From the NCBI RefSeq assembly GCF_009914755.1, contig NC_060929.1: DNA of 64,000 nucleotides; one strand, 5' to 3'. Below are positions 40,901-54,649 of the stretch, piece by piece. Position numbers and translations under genes: made by a program. Source of the stretch: the human T2T-CHM13v2.0 reference genome, Homo sapiens. A model generated the notes under the pieces. That model had not been told where the DNA came from. It searched no databases and saw only the letters and a list, made by a program, of their open reading frames with translations. How positions within the stretch are numbered: the first letter of the stretch is position 1; every line of letters starts with the position of its first letter.

Positions 40901-42309
40901 AAAATTTAGAGACTGACATTTTTTAAGCTGAGCTACATTGTTTGCATGTACCTGTCTACTTTTGGTTTACTCTTACTCCTGGAAAGAGTACTTTTGGTTC
41001 CCACCTTATAGAGAAGGCTTAGTAGTCCATTATTCCTAACTGGTCCTAGACTATGTGCCTTTCCTGTCAGCTCTATTTAGCTGTGACTCTCAAAAGTGAC
41101 ATCTAGTGTCTTAGTATCTCAGAAGCAGGAGGAAAAGTAACCTTGAAAACATGACTCATGTTTTTTGGCAGAAATTCTCTCCCAGATCTGGGCCAGCAAT
41201 TCTTTGCAATCTTGGTATCTTCCTGAAACCTCAAAGAAATTATTTTTAATAGTACTCAACCTTTACAGTTGTCCTTAATGGGAAAGTCCTCCCAGTTTAA
41301 TAGACTTCTGTTAATAGAAGATGTAGTTCCAAATTAAACTTAATTGAAGATCTGAGCTCTTTGCTCTGTATGACCATTCCCTGTTTCATGAAGCAAAATA
41401 TAGTGCATGTATTCAACCAATATTAGTGTGTGGCTTTAGAAAAAATTGTGTCTCAACTTATTCAATTTTCTTAGAGATCTTATACATTTAACCTTATCTT
41501 ACAGATGCCCCTATTTTTAATTTTTCTTCTGCTTTTTGGCTCCTTCTCATTAGAATAGCTGTTTTTACTATCTACTTTATCTTCTAACTACCTTCACCTT
41601 ATTATGTGACCTGAGCTACTCATTATGAGCAGAATGTTGTCAGAGCCACCAACCCATAAAGTTGGCATGGCCAGAGAATTAACCATCAGGCAATAAAAAT
41701 ACAAAAATATTAATAAAACATAAACCAATAATGCAATAGAGATGATGAATTAAGTAAAAATTGGTTATTAAAACTCCTAATAAAATAGACATAGCTCCAG
41801 AAATATTAATCAAAGAAACAGAGAATTTATAAATAAAAATTATTAAGAATGATAAAAACCCATAGGTATAGATGATGCCAAAATCATAAAGAAAATGAAT
41901 GAAAATTATTAATGCCTTTATGACAAGAAATTTGAAAACCCAGATGAGATTAATATATTTCTAGGAGAATATAACTTATCAAAGCTAATTGCAAAATAAT
42001 TAAAAATTCTGCATGACTTGTTAAAAAATTTTCCATAAGGAAACCAAGGAACTAAATATTTTAAGAACAAGTTTGTAAAATTTTCAGCAATCTTACAGCA
42101 ATTTTTCCGTAAGTATTAACAGAGGGCGTACACCCTGTTCATTCCATAAGACCAATATAATCTTGACACCAAAATTTGAATTCTGACAAGTATTGGTAAG
42201 GATACAAAAAAATGGAAACCATTATGTACTACTACTGAAAGTATACACCAATATATTCATTTTGCAATATCTGAATGTGTAGGATTACATTCCTAGCTAT
42301 ATATCCTAA

Positions 42310-42531
42310 GTAGAGTTGCTTAAAATCTTTTCACTAACTTTACATTGTGACTAGGCACACACATACACATACATAGAGATGAAATATAAAGCAATCATCA
42401 CTCTTATTATGTCTAATGTTTTCAATATGTTTAATTCTATTCCTTCACATTTTAATAAAATTGTGGTTAAGTATGGCTAAGTTGATATCATATTCCACTA
42501 ATGGTTCTCAGATCTCATTTTGAAGAACTTG
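42310..42531. mobile_element. hAT-Charlie (Charlie4-like) fragment inside L1
   Basis: ctaagttgatatcatattccactaatggttctcagatctcattttgaagaacttg; flanks atcctaag/accctaga. Confidence 0.45.
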
Positions 42532-42750
42532 ACCCTAGAGAAACTTTTACAAATGAACAATAGATGTGCAAATTACTATTAGCACCATCTATCAAAATAA
42601 CAAAAATATGCAAAAAATCAAAATGTCAATCAGTAAACACATGTATAAATAAATGTGAGGTATTTATAAAATGGACTATTATAAATCAATCAAAATGGTA
42701 TAACTATTATTGCACACGTCAATAAGAATGAATCTTAAAATGTAATATAG

Positions 42751-42961
42751 ATAAGGGCTGGGTTGACCCATGAGTTGTAATTTACCAACTGCTGGTTTAA
42801 AGAATGTCTGAATGAATAAATTGTTGGTAACAAAAACAGTTCCTTAATTTCGAGAAAGAAAAAATCATGTTTATGTTATTAAGAGGATTATTTTATAATA
42901 CTTGAGGTTTAATCAAGAAAAAGATAAAAATATAACGTAGTCATACGAAGATGCTAGAGTT
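42751..42961 (+). repeat. Dispersed direct duplicate of 45911-46122
   Basis: By-eye alignment: about 17 substitutions and 1 indel over ~211 bp. Confidence 0.97.
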
Positions 42962-43003
42962 ATATTGAGCTAAAAAAGCAAATTATAATAGAATACATAT
43001 TGT

Positions 43004-43283
43004 GGCCGGCGTGGTGGCTCACGCCTGTAATCTCAGCACTTTGGGAGGCTGAGGTGGGTGGATCACGAGGTCAGGAGATCGAGACCATCTTGGCTAACAT
43101 GGTGAAACCCCGTCTCTACTAAAAACTACAAAAAATTAGCCGGGGTGGTGGCGAGTGCCTGCAGTCCCAGCTACTCAGGAGGCTGAGGCAAGAGAATGGC
43201 GTGAACCTGGGAGGCGGAGCTTGCAGTGAGCCGAGATCGCGCCACTGCACTCCAGCCTGGGCGACAGAGCGAGATTCCGTCTC

Positions 43284-43318
<35 letters not shown>

Positions 43319-43326
43319 GAAAAAAC
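43004..43326 (+). mobile_element. AluY with (GAAAA)n tail
   Basis: AluY diagnostics; TSD agaatacata(t/c)tgt at 42990-43003 and 43327-43340. Confidence 0.96.
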
Positions 43327-44412
43327 AGAATACATACTGTGTGAGTCTAGTAATATCAAGTGTAAAACCAGATGAAAGTAGATCCTAAATTGGATATAAC
43401 ACATATGAGTTCCCTGGAAGAAAGCATTTTCTTGTGGATTTGAGATTTCAAAAAATTTTAACACAAAGTCTGTTGCTACAAATGGCTGAATTACAATGTA
43501 AACTGACTCCTCACCCTTGCAGTATCTCTTATTTAAAGTTAGAATACTATGGAAAGAGTGGGACCCAAAAAGTCCAGATGGATGAAGACACCTCCACAAT
43601 TTCCTTAAACATGAGGTCATCACTTTTACATAGTTACAGTAACTTTAGATCTTTGATGTTGAGCAAACTAACCCTCTTAAATACTTCCTATGATATTATT
43701 ATCAAAGTGGGATAAGAAAATGGAAAAGAAATTTTTCGTTTCTTTTCCACTACAATGCTATGACAATGAGTAAAAGACAATTGAATCTAGTATGGACTAA
43801 AATCCATACTAGATTGCTTTATCAAAACTATGTTTTCACTTAGTGACCCACATATAAGTCAACTGGTATTTAACTTCTACTATAAACTCTACCAAAACTA
43901 AATTGAACCAATCTGTCCTTTTATTTGACAAATATATAAGTACCCACAGTGTGCTGGGTATTGTATTATAAACTCAATCACATACCTTATATTATTCTAA
44001 AATAATTATAAATAACTTTTATTATAGAAATGACATCACTTCAATACATCTGAATTTATATTTCCATGTATTTCTTCTGTTGCACTTACTCACCAAAGTG
44101 TAGCTAATTTGCTTGCTAGATTTGCAGTCATTGGCTATCTCCATCTCTTCCACATTATTTATGAATCCCTGCCTTTAGTATTCTATTAATTGTTTGCAGA
44201 TATCTTGTAGCCATGTTTTTATTATAAGTTACTTCATAACAGTTTTGAAGGAAGGGAGAGTATAACAAAGTTATAACTGAAAAATTATTTAATGATTCTG
44301 ATTCGCATAAAAATCACTGACATATTTAAATAGCAGATCTCTGGACCCCTTGGAAGGTTTTTCTAAAAACTTCAGTTTAATACCTGAGTCATGATTAAAG
44401 AAATAAACAACA

Positions 44413-44735
<323 letters not shown>

Positions 44736-45748
44736 AAAGAAATAAACAATAAAACAAAAATGCAGCCTTATTAAGATGAACAAAGTTAAGTTCACCTTTG
44801 TGTTGAAGAATGCCCATCTAATTTTCTACAGCACAGAGGAAAGTGATTCCAGGTTCAGAAGAAAGCCTATCTTTTTAATATATTAGAGGTCAGAAGAGAA
44901 ACGTCAAGGAGAGTAGTTAGAATGCATGTTGTCCCTTTAGACACATTGAAGACATTTACGTGTATTTCGAATTTATATTTCTGAAATTAGAATGTTATAC
45001 ACAGATTAATTGAAAGATACTTGTTTTGTGTTTTATATTTATCTGTGGACGGGCACATCAAAGCCAAGGTCTAAAGTGGTTAGGGCAGGCCAGTTAGAAG
45101 ATGACTGGCTTGATGTCATAGAATAAAGTTAACTAGAAATAGTCATATAAACCTTAAGTGTTGCTGCTTCAAAGAAACTGAATAGAAATATATTGTACAT
45201 AGGTGTCTGCAATGTCATCATCATCTTTGTGCTCAACCTTCACAGTACAAAAAAATGTGATATTTTGATTTCCCACTGGAGAAGAAATATATAAAATAAT
45301 TTTCAGGTATAACGAAAGCCTTTAAAAATCACATAAAAAATTGATTTTTTTCTCCATCTGCAGATCACTTTGAAATATAATCCTCTGGTAGAATATTGAT
45401 GGATAGCTTCCTCATGATGTGGTCTTTGAAGACAATAATATTAGGAGTCATGAGCATTAGAGAGTAGATTAAAATTTTTGTGCTCTTTGTCACTGTACTG
45501 AAGAATACATGATAGGTTTCTTCAAATATTATTTTAATTAATGGAGAATGCCTTCCTCTTCAGAGCTTATATTATCTATTTGAATAATATGTCTAGTTTG
45601 TGTCCTTATTCTTCCTACTCATATTTTCTGCTACTAAATCCATCATAATTTAACTACGGAATTTTGGAAATTTTCATCACCGTTACATTTTTGGTGCTCA
45701 GCACAGTGGTTAATATAAAATAGGTGCCCAATAAATATCTGTTTAACC

Positions 45749-45954
45749 TAAGGGTTGGTAAACTTTTTCTATAAAGTTTATATTATTAATATTTTAGGTT
45801 ATGCCTGGGCTTTGTCATAGTTACTCAATTCTGCTTTTGTAGTGAGAAAACAGCCAAAGACAATACATGAACAATTGAGAATATCTGTTTCAAGCAATCT
45901 TTATTTACAAATATGGGCGAGGTTGACCTATGAGCTGTAATTTACCAACTGCTG
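45749..45954 (+). mobile_element. MER58A inserted in an L2 3' tail
   Basis: agggttggtaaactttttctataaag...ttactcaattctgc...aaacagccaaagacaatac...ccaactgctg; L2 tail gcccaataaatatctg / gaatgaataaa on either side. Confidence 0.85.
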
Positions 45955-48900
45955 TTCTAAAGAATGTCTGAATGAATAAATTATTGGTAACAAAAACAGT
46001 TCCTTAATTTTGAGAAAGAAAAAAATCATGTTTGTGTTGTTAGAAGGATTATTTGATAATACTTGAGGTTTAATCAAGAAAAAGATAAAGATATAACGTA
46101 GTCATACAGAGATGCTAGAGTTTTCTGAAATGATAGCCTCAGAATCCAATGAGGTATATTTTGTTCACTCAGAGCCAGTTTCCTAAATAAATGATAAATA
46201 GAAACAGAGAAGATCCACAAGCACTGACAGTGGACCCCAATCCATTTCTTGAGAAGAGCAAGATTGTATTCTATTCAGGATCCTTAAAATAGATATCCTG
46301 GTCTAAATCTGGCAGAGACTGAATAAATTGAAAAATGAGAGAAATTATTTTTAATATAATTTTTATTGTGTTAATTTGTGGCCCACTCTTTTTAGAATTG
46401 CTCATAAAGAAGACTGCCAAATTATGTAAAATATGCTGAGAAGGCTTGCTCTAGTAACATTCCAGAATACAGTCTATAGCGTCCATGGTGACTACAATAG
46501 CTAATTATCCCCATATGTCACATTCTTGGCAGTAATGACATTTTAACAGATTCCAAAACCTATGCATTCTCTTCTAAGTTCTTTACTTGGGCATAGAACA
46601 TGCCCGGTGTTAAAATAGCTTCAGCTAAATAGTCCAAATTTTAGGAAAATATCTGCATATTTAGGAGAATAATTATGCATGGCCTTTTATGGGTGTGATA
46701 AACTATACCATCAAAGAAAGTGTATCCTTTTGTCATACAGGCCATTACCAACAGCAGATTACACATTATATATAAGGCATAGTTTAGATAGAAGCCTAAA
46801 AATTCCTTGGGATACTGTGCAGACTTGTCACATCAGAAATGTTCTAACCTTAATACAGGTTATAATTAGGACACATTTATTCTTTCTTATTTCCTAGGTT
46901 ATGCAAGTAGATTTGATACCTGGTCACTTGCAGGATAAAGACGGGACAGCAGAAAAGCACGTAACCTCTGATTAAATCGTTTTTCAGGGCAGAGTGACCT
47001 TTGTGCCACTTGCTTGTAGTGAAGAAAGATAGATAGAACTTCTTCAGCTCAAAATAAACAGTTCTCTCTGGAAGTCAGTTTTCTGAGTAGTCTACATACG
47101 GGCTTTTTTGAAATGAGGCTTGAGCTGGTTTCAGGCTCAAACTGGTATTAATTGCCAACCACTATGATACTTTTAGGGTATTAGGGATGTATATGTTGGA
47201 GGACAGGAGAAAAATGGAGATTACCTAGAGATGAGAGATAAAAGTCCTGCGTCAGGGAATTTGGGGCTGAGAGGCAAAACTGAATTCTTTTATTAAACAT
47301 GTTCCAGAGAAACAAGAGTGAAAGCTTCAAAACATGTGAGTCTGAGAAGTATGTACTTCTCTATCTCCATCATTCTACTTGTTTTGTGTGTGTGTGTGAG
47401 TTTCTGTGTGTGCATGTGCACATGAGCATGTGTAAATGGCCTTTGGGAGTAAGATTTTCAGATATTCCCCCTAAGTCTCATTTCTTATTAAGTTTCTATC
47501 TCTGAACTCAACAGCCTCTAAGAGCTATGTATATCAAAAATGCCTAGGCACCTGAATTCTGAGAGACATAGAGTTTTGGCTGTACTAACAGCTATTTTAC
47601 ATGACAATATTAGATTAATCATGAGAGTCACCAAATAGTTGATTAGATACTACTTTATAATTAATATGGGATTAAGCTTGCAATCAGTGGCATAATTAAC
47701 ATATATGTCAACACTTCCTTCTTCTGTATGAAAAAATATTTTCAATAATAATCATGTAAAACAATAATTATATTTTTTCTGGATTTATTAAACATTTTAT
47801 AACAATTATAGAAGATTAATAAATATCAATTTTAAAGACTTTCAAATTAAGTAAAAGATTTAATGTGTGAACTAAGATTTACACATCTGAAACAAAAATA
47901 TTACACTTCACAGTTCATATTCTAGTTCACTGTTTTAAATTTTAAACACCATTAAAAACTCTAGATGGTTACAAAGAATGATACAACTGATATAACTCAA
48001 GTTCTGTCTCTTCATCTTTCCCATCAGGGTGCTAATATTTTTAACTTAGAATCAACTGTTTAAACAAAGGAATATGTGGTGCTACAGAGGCTGGAGGTAC
48101 TGTGGCCAACACAAGGTTGAACAAGGTTGAATTGTGATAGTCTTAGTTCTAAGGCAGATGTGTAAGTGAGTCCACAGATGTCATGGTATCAGACCTGATG
48201 AGGTAAGAGTAATTGTCCAAATTAACATCCCTGTGGAATACACTTTTTTCTATAGGGCAAATGATAAATATATGCTATTTTGAAGGCTGACTAAATATTA
48301 TTGAAATTCAGCAGTAAACAAAGCAACTGTTTAGAATTTGGCCAACAAAATATTTTTTCAGGAAAATACTTTATCACTGATAGCATTTAAATGTCTGGCT
48401 CATAGTGATAAAAAGAGACTGGCTTTTGATTGAGTTCTTATTGTTTGTTAATTCTCTAGATGTGACTCATACTGCTTTATTGTTGGCACTCAGGTTGATT
48501 ATTTGTGGGAGGGATGTTTTACATCTCATATTCTGCAGAGTTGGCTATTTAACCAGAACTTGTTAGCTCTCCACAGAAAAGTGCCAGCTTTAAGTTAAAA
48601 AGAAGACATCTTCGGATATTATGAGCTTTGATATCAGCGAACTTAAATTTTATCTCACAAATTACTGGCTAGGTAATCAATATACTGATGGTTATTTTAA
48701 GCCATTTCTGACCTTACTTTGCTAAGTGGAGTGAATATGAATATACATATATGGGTGACATGTGGGTGACAACAAAAAATGCTTGTCAAATGAACACTAA
48801 GAGGAAAATGAACTGAGATAAAGCCAAGACAAAGAGAGAAAGATACCTTTGAAAGAAAAATCAGATTTGTGCTCTTTCTAATCCACAGACAGCCAAGAAA

Positions 48901-49441
48901 TGGAAGATTGTGCTTGTGTGTCTGAGAAGAGGGTATAATTCACAAGAATCTGGTTCTAGCATGCATTTGTATTATAGCATGTATCAAGACGCACACTTTC
49001 AATTTTTTTCTCTGCAAATGTTTGTAAGGCTGAGCATTTGTACCATAAGAAAATGTAGTCTGTTTTTCATTTTTCTTCTTGAGTTGTATTTAAATAGCAT
49101 GTTCATATTTTATGACCTCTAATCGGAAGGGAATTTAAGCTACTTTGTCTATTCATATTATTTTGGGGCATTTTACACTCAGGGCTGCAAATTGTATACT
49201 TAAAATCTTTTATTGGAAAAGATGTCGTCCTTTGTTTATGAGTGCATCAATGATTATAGAAACAGGCAGCTCCATCCCAAAAGGAGTGTGCTGACCAGGA
49301 TGTATAATTTGTCTCACATGCCCCAAATAGAGTCAAAACATTCATAATTTAAACCTGACTAGATGGAGTTCTCTAGCTGTATTCCATAACAGACCCTCAG
49401 AGAAAAGTTCTGAATATGCTCTCAAGTCCCATAACAACTTG

Positions 49442-49508
49442 AATGATGATTCCAATTATAGAGATGATGATTCTTATTATAGAGAAATGATGATTCTTAT
49501 TATAGAGA
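49442..49508. repeat. Short tandem repeat, 3 x ~21-23 bp
   Basis: atgatgatt(cca/ctt)attatagag repeated three times. Confidence 0.9.
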
Positions 49509-50909
49509 ATAAAAAGTTTTCAATAACCCCCCAAATTTCTTAAGAGACAACCCACAAATGCTTTCTTCATGATATACTATTCCAACAATGGAACAAAAGT
49601 TTGACTTTTTCATTGTCTTTTTCAATCATATCAGTATGAATATAATTTGGGTCGAAAATATATATTGACTTTAGATTGTGATATTTGTTTTGCTTTAAAA
49701 AACATATTGAACCCAATTCTCCCCATGTGTAAAAGACACCTACATCCAACTACAAGGGCAAAGGTATTATAAACATAAGGATATTTATACTCCAATTTCC
49801 CTTCCCTTATTTAAAACTCAATTTAGATTCTCCTAAAAAGCAGCAGAAAAGACTTTACAGCTTAGGTTTACAAAAATGTTTTTCTGTGTACTAAACTAAA
49901 GGAAAAATAGGTAAAATAAAATTATAAAACAACACTCAACTTTGATTAGAACATGCTTATTCAGTGACCATGTTTTACACACTATGTGAATGGAGAAAAA
50001 CCAAGACCTTCGCATTCTACAAAGAGACTCATAGTTAGCTAGACTTAGAATGCAGATTTTATTACTCTCTCCAAGTGGGTCACCAAATTATTCCTTTTAA
50101 TCACAAACAGTATGCTTCCAAGCTGACCTTACTTGTTACTTCTCTCTCAATCTCTCAGCAATTGAGTGATAGGCCTACCAAACTTCATCTGGTTGAAAGT
50201 TCTAAAATATGTTGGGGTTTGTGCCCTGTAGAAATGCAGAATTTTTAGATAAAAGACTTATCTGAATATGTAATGGAAGTGATGTATATACACACAAAAC
50301 ATTACATACGAATTCAGGGGGATTACTGACCCCTAAAACCTGGTCATAGATCCCATTTTGAGGTCCTCTGCTCTAGGGAACCCATGAGGAGTGTTTGTTT
50401 ACTCTTAGCACAAAGCATCTCATATTGCAATTTTACTCAGAGAAGATGGCAACACTCAGCTTCATCCAGGTAACTCAATACGTTCTTTTACATTAAAAAA
50501 GAATGTCTGAGGAAGATGTTAAAACAAGTAAGTATTGTTTGGTTTTTAAACATCTGTCAATATACAAAAAAAAAAAGAAAAAAACAACTCAGTTTAGGAA
50601 AGTTTTTGTTGTTGTTGTTCTGTATGTTGTTGGTTCTGCAAAAAAGGAATAACTATAAATTCAGTGGATTATCAGGACATCACCTCCCTCAAGACAGCAG
50701 ACTTACCAAGGGTCACAAAACAAACATGGAAACAAGCAAATGAACTGGCACTGTGAAAACCAAACATCTTTTATCTTGTCACTAAAATCTAGGTGATTCC
50801 TGGAGCACCTAATATGTAACTATGTATTAGTTACAAGTGAAATGCACAACTTCATGTTGAAATGTGGGGAAAGGTTTATTTTTTACTTCGATAACTGTGT
50901 CATTGGTTT

Positions 50910-51612
50910 TGTTAGAGTAGGTAGTTAGGCAGACATGAGCAGGGCAGAACCCTTCCTCCACTCACCACCATGATTATCAGGTGACCATAAGGTGATGGTA
51001 AGGTGGTTGTTAAACTGTCTCTCTCTAAAATAATAATTGGATGCAGCCAGCACCAGGGAAAGGCAATCTCCCAATAGATAAAAAACACCAGAAGCTGGTG
51101 ATCAGCAGCTTTCCGATAAGGTCATAGGAGTTGGGCGAGTGGGCTCAGGCATGTGCACTAAGAGGAAAAATGGCAGTTTAACTGGTATATGACTTCCCTC
51201 TGGGAACACTTGACTAGTAAGGGAAATGGCTCAAATGAACATGTGCACAATTTCAGTAAACACACTGCGCATGCAGCCCCTCCCAAGGGTTGACAGGCCA
51301 CTGTCCATGGGGACAGCCCACCCCAGGGGAAGAATTAGGGGAGAAGAGATGCAAGACCCCAGAAGCATGACAACATGTAAAACCCCAAACCAAAGTGAAA
51401 CCATGTACTTGAATCTCCCAACTCTCCCACTTGGCCTTCTTCCAAGTATTCTTTACTTCCTTTCATTCCACTCTAAAACTTTTTAATAAACTTTGACTCC
51501 TGATTTAAAACTTCCCTCCGTCTCTCACTCTGCCATATCCCCATTGGGTGAATTCTTTCCTCTGAGCAAGAATTGAGTTGCTGCAGACCCACATGGATTT
51601 GTGCTGCTAACA
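50910..51612 (+). mobile_element. MER50 ERV1 solo LTR
   Basis: tgttagagtaggtagttaggcagacatgagcagggcag...AATAAA 51485-51490...gctgctaaca; 4-bp TSD gttt/gttt. Confidence 0.9.
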
Positions 51613-51919
51613 GTTTTGAATAAAAAAGTTAAAATGAATCTTATTCTCAATCAAAAGTTAAAATGTGCTATATGGAGTGGAAATGGGTCTGATATGTAGA
51701 AAACACATAATTTATTTCTAACATCGTTTAAATGTGCATGTCTGCTCTTTTTAAAATAATTAGTTTTGCTCCAATCTGCAGTCAGCTACAATGCAATTTA
51801 TTTGCATGGTCCTTTGGACTTGTTCATGGTATCTGTTTCATATAGTATTATAACTGCAATTGTAAATACATGAATTCCTTGTCTTTTTCCAAGATAACAC
51901 TTTTTATGGCGAATTTTTT

Positions 51920-52142
51920 CCTTTTTTAAATGCTGCTCCTTCTCAGGCCCTGTGCAGAGTATCTGCATTTGTTCACTTAATACAATCACCCTATGTGAAG
52001 AAGCTAATTATTGTCCTTGTTTCAGATGGGAAAACAGACACCAAGAAGCTGAGTTGCTTCAGGCAATAAATTAAGTCACATTGAAGCTGAAATTTAAAGA
52101 CAAAATCCCCTGACCCCAGAGCTTGAGCTCTTAGCTACCATT
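51920..52142 (-). mobile_element. MIR
   Basis: caccctatgtgaag...tttcagatgggaaaacagac...tgaccccagagcttgagctcttagctacca. Confidence 0.75.
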
Positions 52143-52990
52143 TATCATATATTATGTGAAGTAAATTATTTACCTTGAATTATCTAAACATCCTTCCTTC
52201 CCCACATCTTTTCTCGCCTTGCTTGGCAGAGGTATTAGAGTGAATGATAATAAAGACAGTCTCTGTTTGAAAGATCAAAAATCCAAGTTCACTATCATTG
52301 TTTACTGTCATAGGCCACCAACAGAGCAGCATATCAAAACTGGTCCCTTCAAATTCTAAGACAAGGCTGGTGGCTGTGCTGTTTCTTTATATCATACAAC
52401 ATCATTCTAGTCCCTTGATTTACAAAATGACTTATTCAAAGGATTCTTAGTTACAACACTTACTTATTGTTGATGAGTACTAGGAAACAGTATGGAAAGC
52501 TTGTCCATATTATTTTTTTATTTTTTAGTTTGTAAAGCAATTAAGGCGAAAGTTATCTCAGGCCTTTTTGCAGCTATAAAATATGAGAGGTTTTTACACA
52601 TAAAATTATAATTAAAAAACGTTAAAATAGCCCATAATCTCACCATCCAGATAAAATAAATTGGCACAATATTTATGCAGGTTTTCTTATCTGTATCTCT
52701 AAATAGTTATGCTTAGAGTAGTTAAATCATAAAGATGAGCAACATGTGAAAAAAAGAGCTTCCTTTCTTATATCCCCAAACCCTTTATCAAAGATATCTA
52801 CTGTTAATCATTCCTTGTGATTTCTTCTAGAAATATATTTTTTTGTGAGCGCATCTTATTTTATTTACACAAAAAGAATTAAACAAGCTTCCATTTTCTG
52901 CCCCTGAATATCTTCGTTTAACATACCAAATATTTTTCCATATTAATACATAGAAATCTACCTCAATCTTTTAATGCCTTATTATTTCTT

Positions 52991-53329
52991 TTTTTAAAAA
53001 AACTTAATTTTATTTAAGTTCCAGGATACGTGTGTAGGACGTGCAGGTTTGTTACATGGGTAAACCTATGGTGGTTTGCTGCAACTATCAGCCCATCACC
53101 TAGGTATTAAGTTCAGCATCCATTAGCTATTTATTCTGATGCTGTCCTTCCCCTGCATCCCCTCCCTGTGATGTTCCCCTCCCTGTGTCCATGTGTTCTC
53201 ATTGTTCAGCTCCACTTATAAACGAGAACATGCAGTGTTTGGTTTTCTGTTCCTGTGTTAGTTTGCTGAGGATAATGGCTTCCAGCTCCATCCATGTCCC
53301 TGCAAAGAACATTATCTCATTCCATTTTA
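52991..53329 (-). mobile_element. L1PA (about PA10-13) 3' end, 5'-truncated
   Basis: Antisense L1PA 3' UTR; 20-bp TSD ttaatg(c/a)cttattatttctt at 52971-52990 and 53330-53349. Confidence 0.95.
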
Positions 53330-53994
53330 TTAATGACTTATTATTTCTTAATTCAGATACCTCATAATTAAATTGGTTTATATCACATAGGTGGATATGT
53401 AGACTATTTGCGGGGTTTTTTTGGTAGCAAAGTATCGTGCCAGAAATATTATTTTACATATATCTTGAAATAATTTAGTATGTAAATTTTCAGTCATCGC
53501 ATTGCTGTGTGCATTTAAAAACCTACAATATGGTCAAATTGCTTTATGGAAAAGGTGAAATTTATCTTCCTCCAAGAATGTAAGGGATTGCCTATATTTC
53601 TAAAATTTACCACCATTAAACATTATAACTTAATGTGTTATTCTGATAGATGAAAAGAATCATGTCTTGCTGATTTAATTTGCATTAATTTAGTAATGCC
53701 ATTGACCATGTTTTAACACATTTTTTGGCATTTTGGCATTTTTCCTCAAAGTGTCCTCTCACATTTTCACATTTTATTCCTATTAACCATCTTATTTATT
53801 TTTATGAACGCTTTGTAAATTAAAAAAAAAGTGACCTCTTGTAAGTATTACTAATACCCTTTCCAGTTTATCATTTGTTTTCTTTGACATTGCACTTTTC
53901 TTACCATGTGGAGGTTTTTCTTTTCTGAGTTTTATATTCTGTTTATAAAAAGTCCGCTCCACTAAAAAATAATTAAATTCCATTTTTAATACTC

Positions 53995-54461
53995 TGTATT
54001 AGTTTTGCAGGGCTGCTGTGACAAAGCACCACAAACTTCGTCACCTAAAACAACAAAAATGTATTTTCACACAGCTCTAGAGCGCAGACATCTGAAATCA
54101 CGCAGACATCTGAAATCACAGGGCAGGGTCTTGCCCTGTGTGAAGTCCTTCCCCTAGCGTAGGATCCTTCCTTGTTTCTCCCAGCTTCTTGTAGTTGCCC
54201 ACAAGTTTTGATGTTTTTTGCTGGTGGATACATTACTCTAATTTCTACCTCCATCATTATATGGACATTCTCTTTGCATGTCTATGTTCCTTTGCTTTTC
54301 TTGAAGAACACTAGTCATTGGATTATTACCCACCCTAATTCAAGATAGCCTTATTTTAATTAAGCTAATTATATTGCAAATCCCTTATTTTCATATAAGT
54401 TTACATTCTAAGCTTCAGAGTGGACATGAATTTCGAGGGGTTCACTATTCAACCCAATGCT
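53995..54461 (-). mobile_element. MLT1C-like LTR
   Basis: tgtattagttttgcagggctgctgtgacaaagcaccacaaac...cactagtcattggatta...cactattcaaccc; 18-bp internal duplication gcagacatctgaaatcac. Confidence 0.88.
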
Positions 54462-54516
54462 AACTCTTAATTTTGTTTTTTTACTTAATAATTTGGAAAT
54501 CATTTTTGTTTAAGGA

Positions 54517-54648
54517 GTAGTTTTCAAACTTTAATATGCTTCAGAATCACCTGGAGGACTTGTTAAGTACACATAATTGGGACCCACACCCAGAGTTTCT
54601 GATTCTAGGTTGAGATTTAAGATTGCTGGTGGTCTGGGTGCCCACTTC
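54517..54648. mobile_element. MER5A fragment
   Basis: ttttcaaacttta...tcagaatcacctggaggacttgttaa...cccagagtttctgattc. Confidence 0.8.
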
Positions 54649-54649
54649 C

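Larger units (their letters stand above)
41680..43380 (+). mobile_element. Old L1M ORF2 and 3' UTR fragments with nested insertions
   Basis: aaatttgaaaacccagatgag...ttctaggagaatataacttatcaaagct; ggactattat...atgaatcttaaaa...gaatacatactgt. Confidence 0.75.

Noticed and set aside
46898-46975. Possible terminal coding exon VMQVDLIPGHLQDKDGTAEKHVTSD*
   Set aside because: Good acceptor, but the peptide is unrecognised and no upstream coding exon was found; kept only as part of the non-coding exon hypothesis.
49442-49508. Short direct repeats as a CRISPR-like array
   Set aside because: Head-to-tail repeats without unique spacers, in primate DNA.
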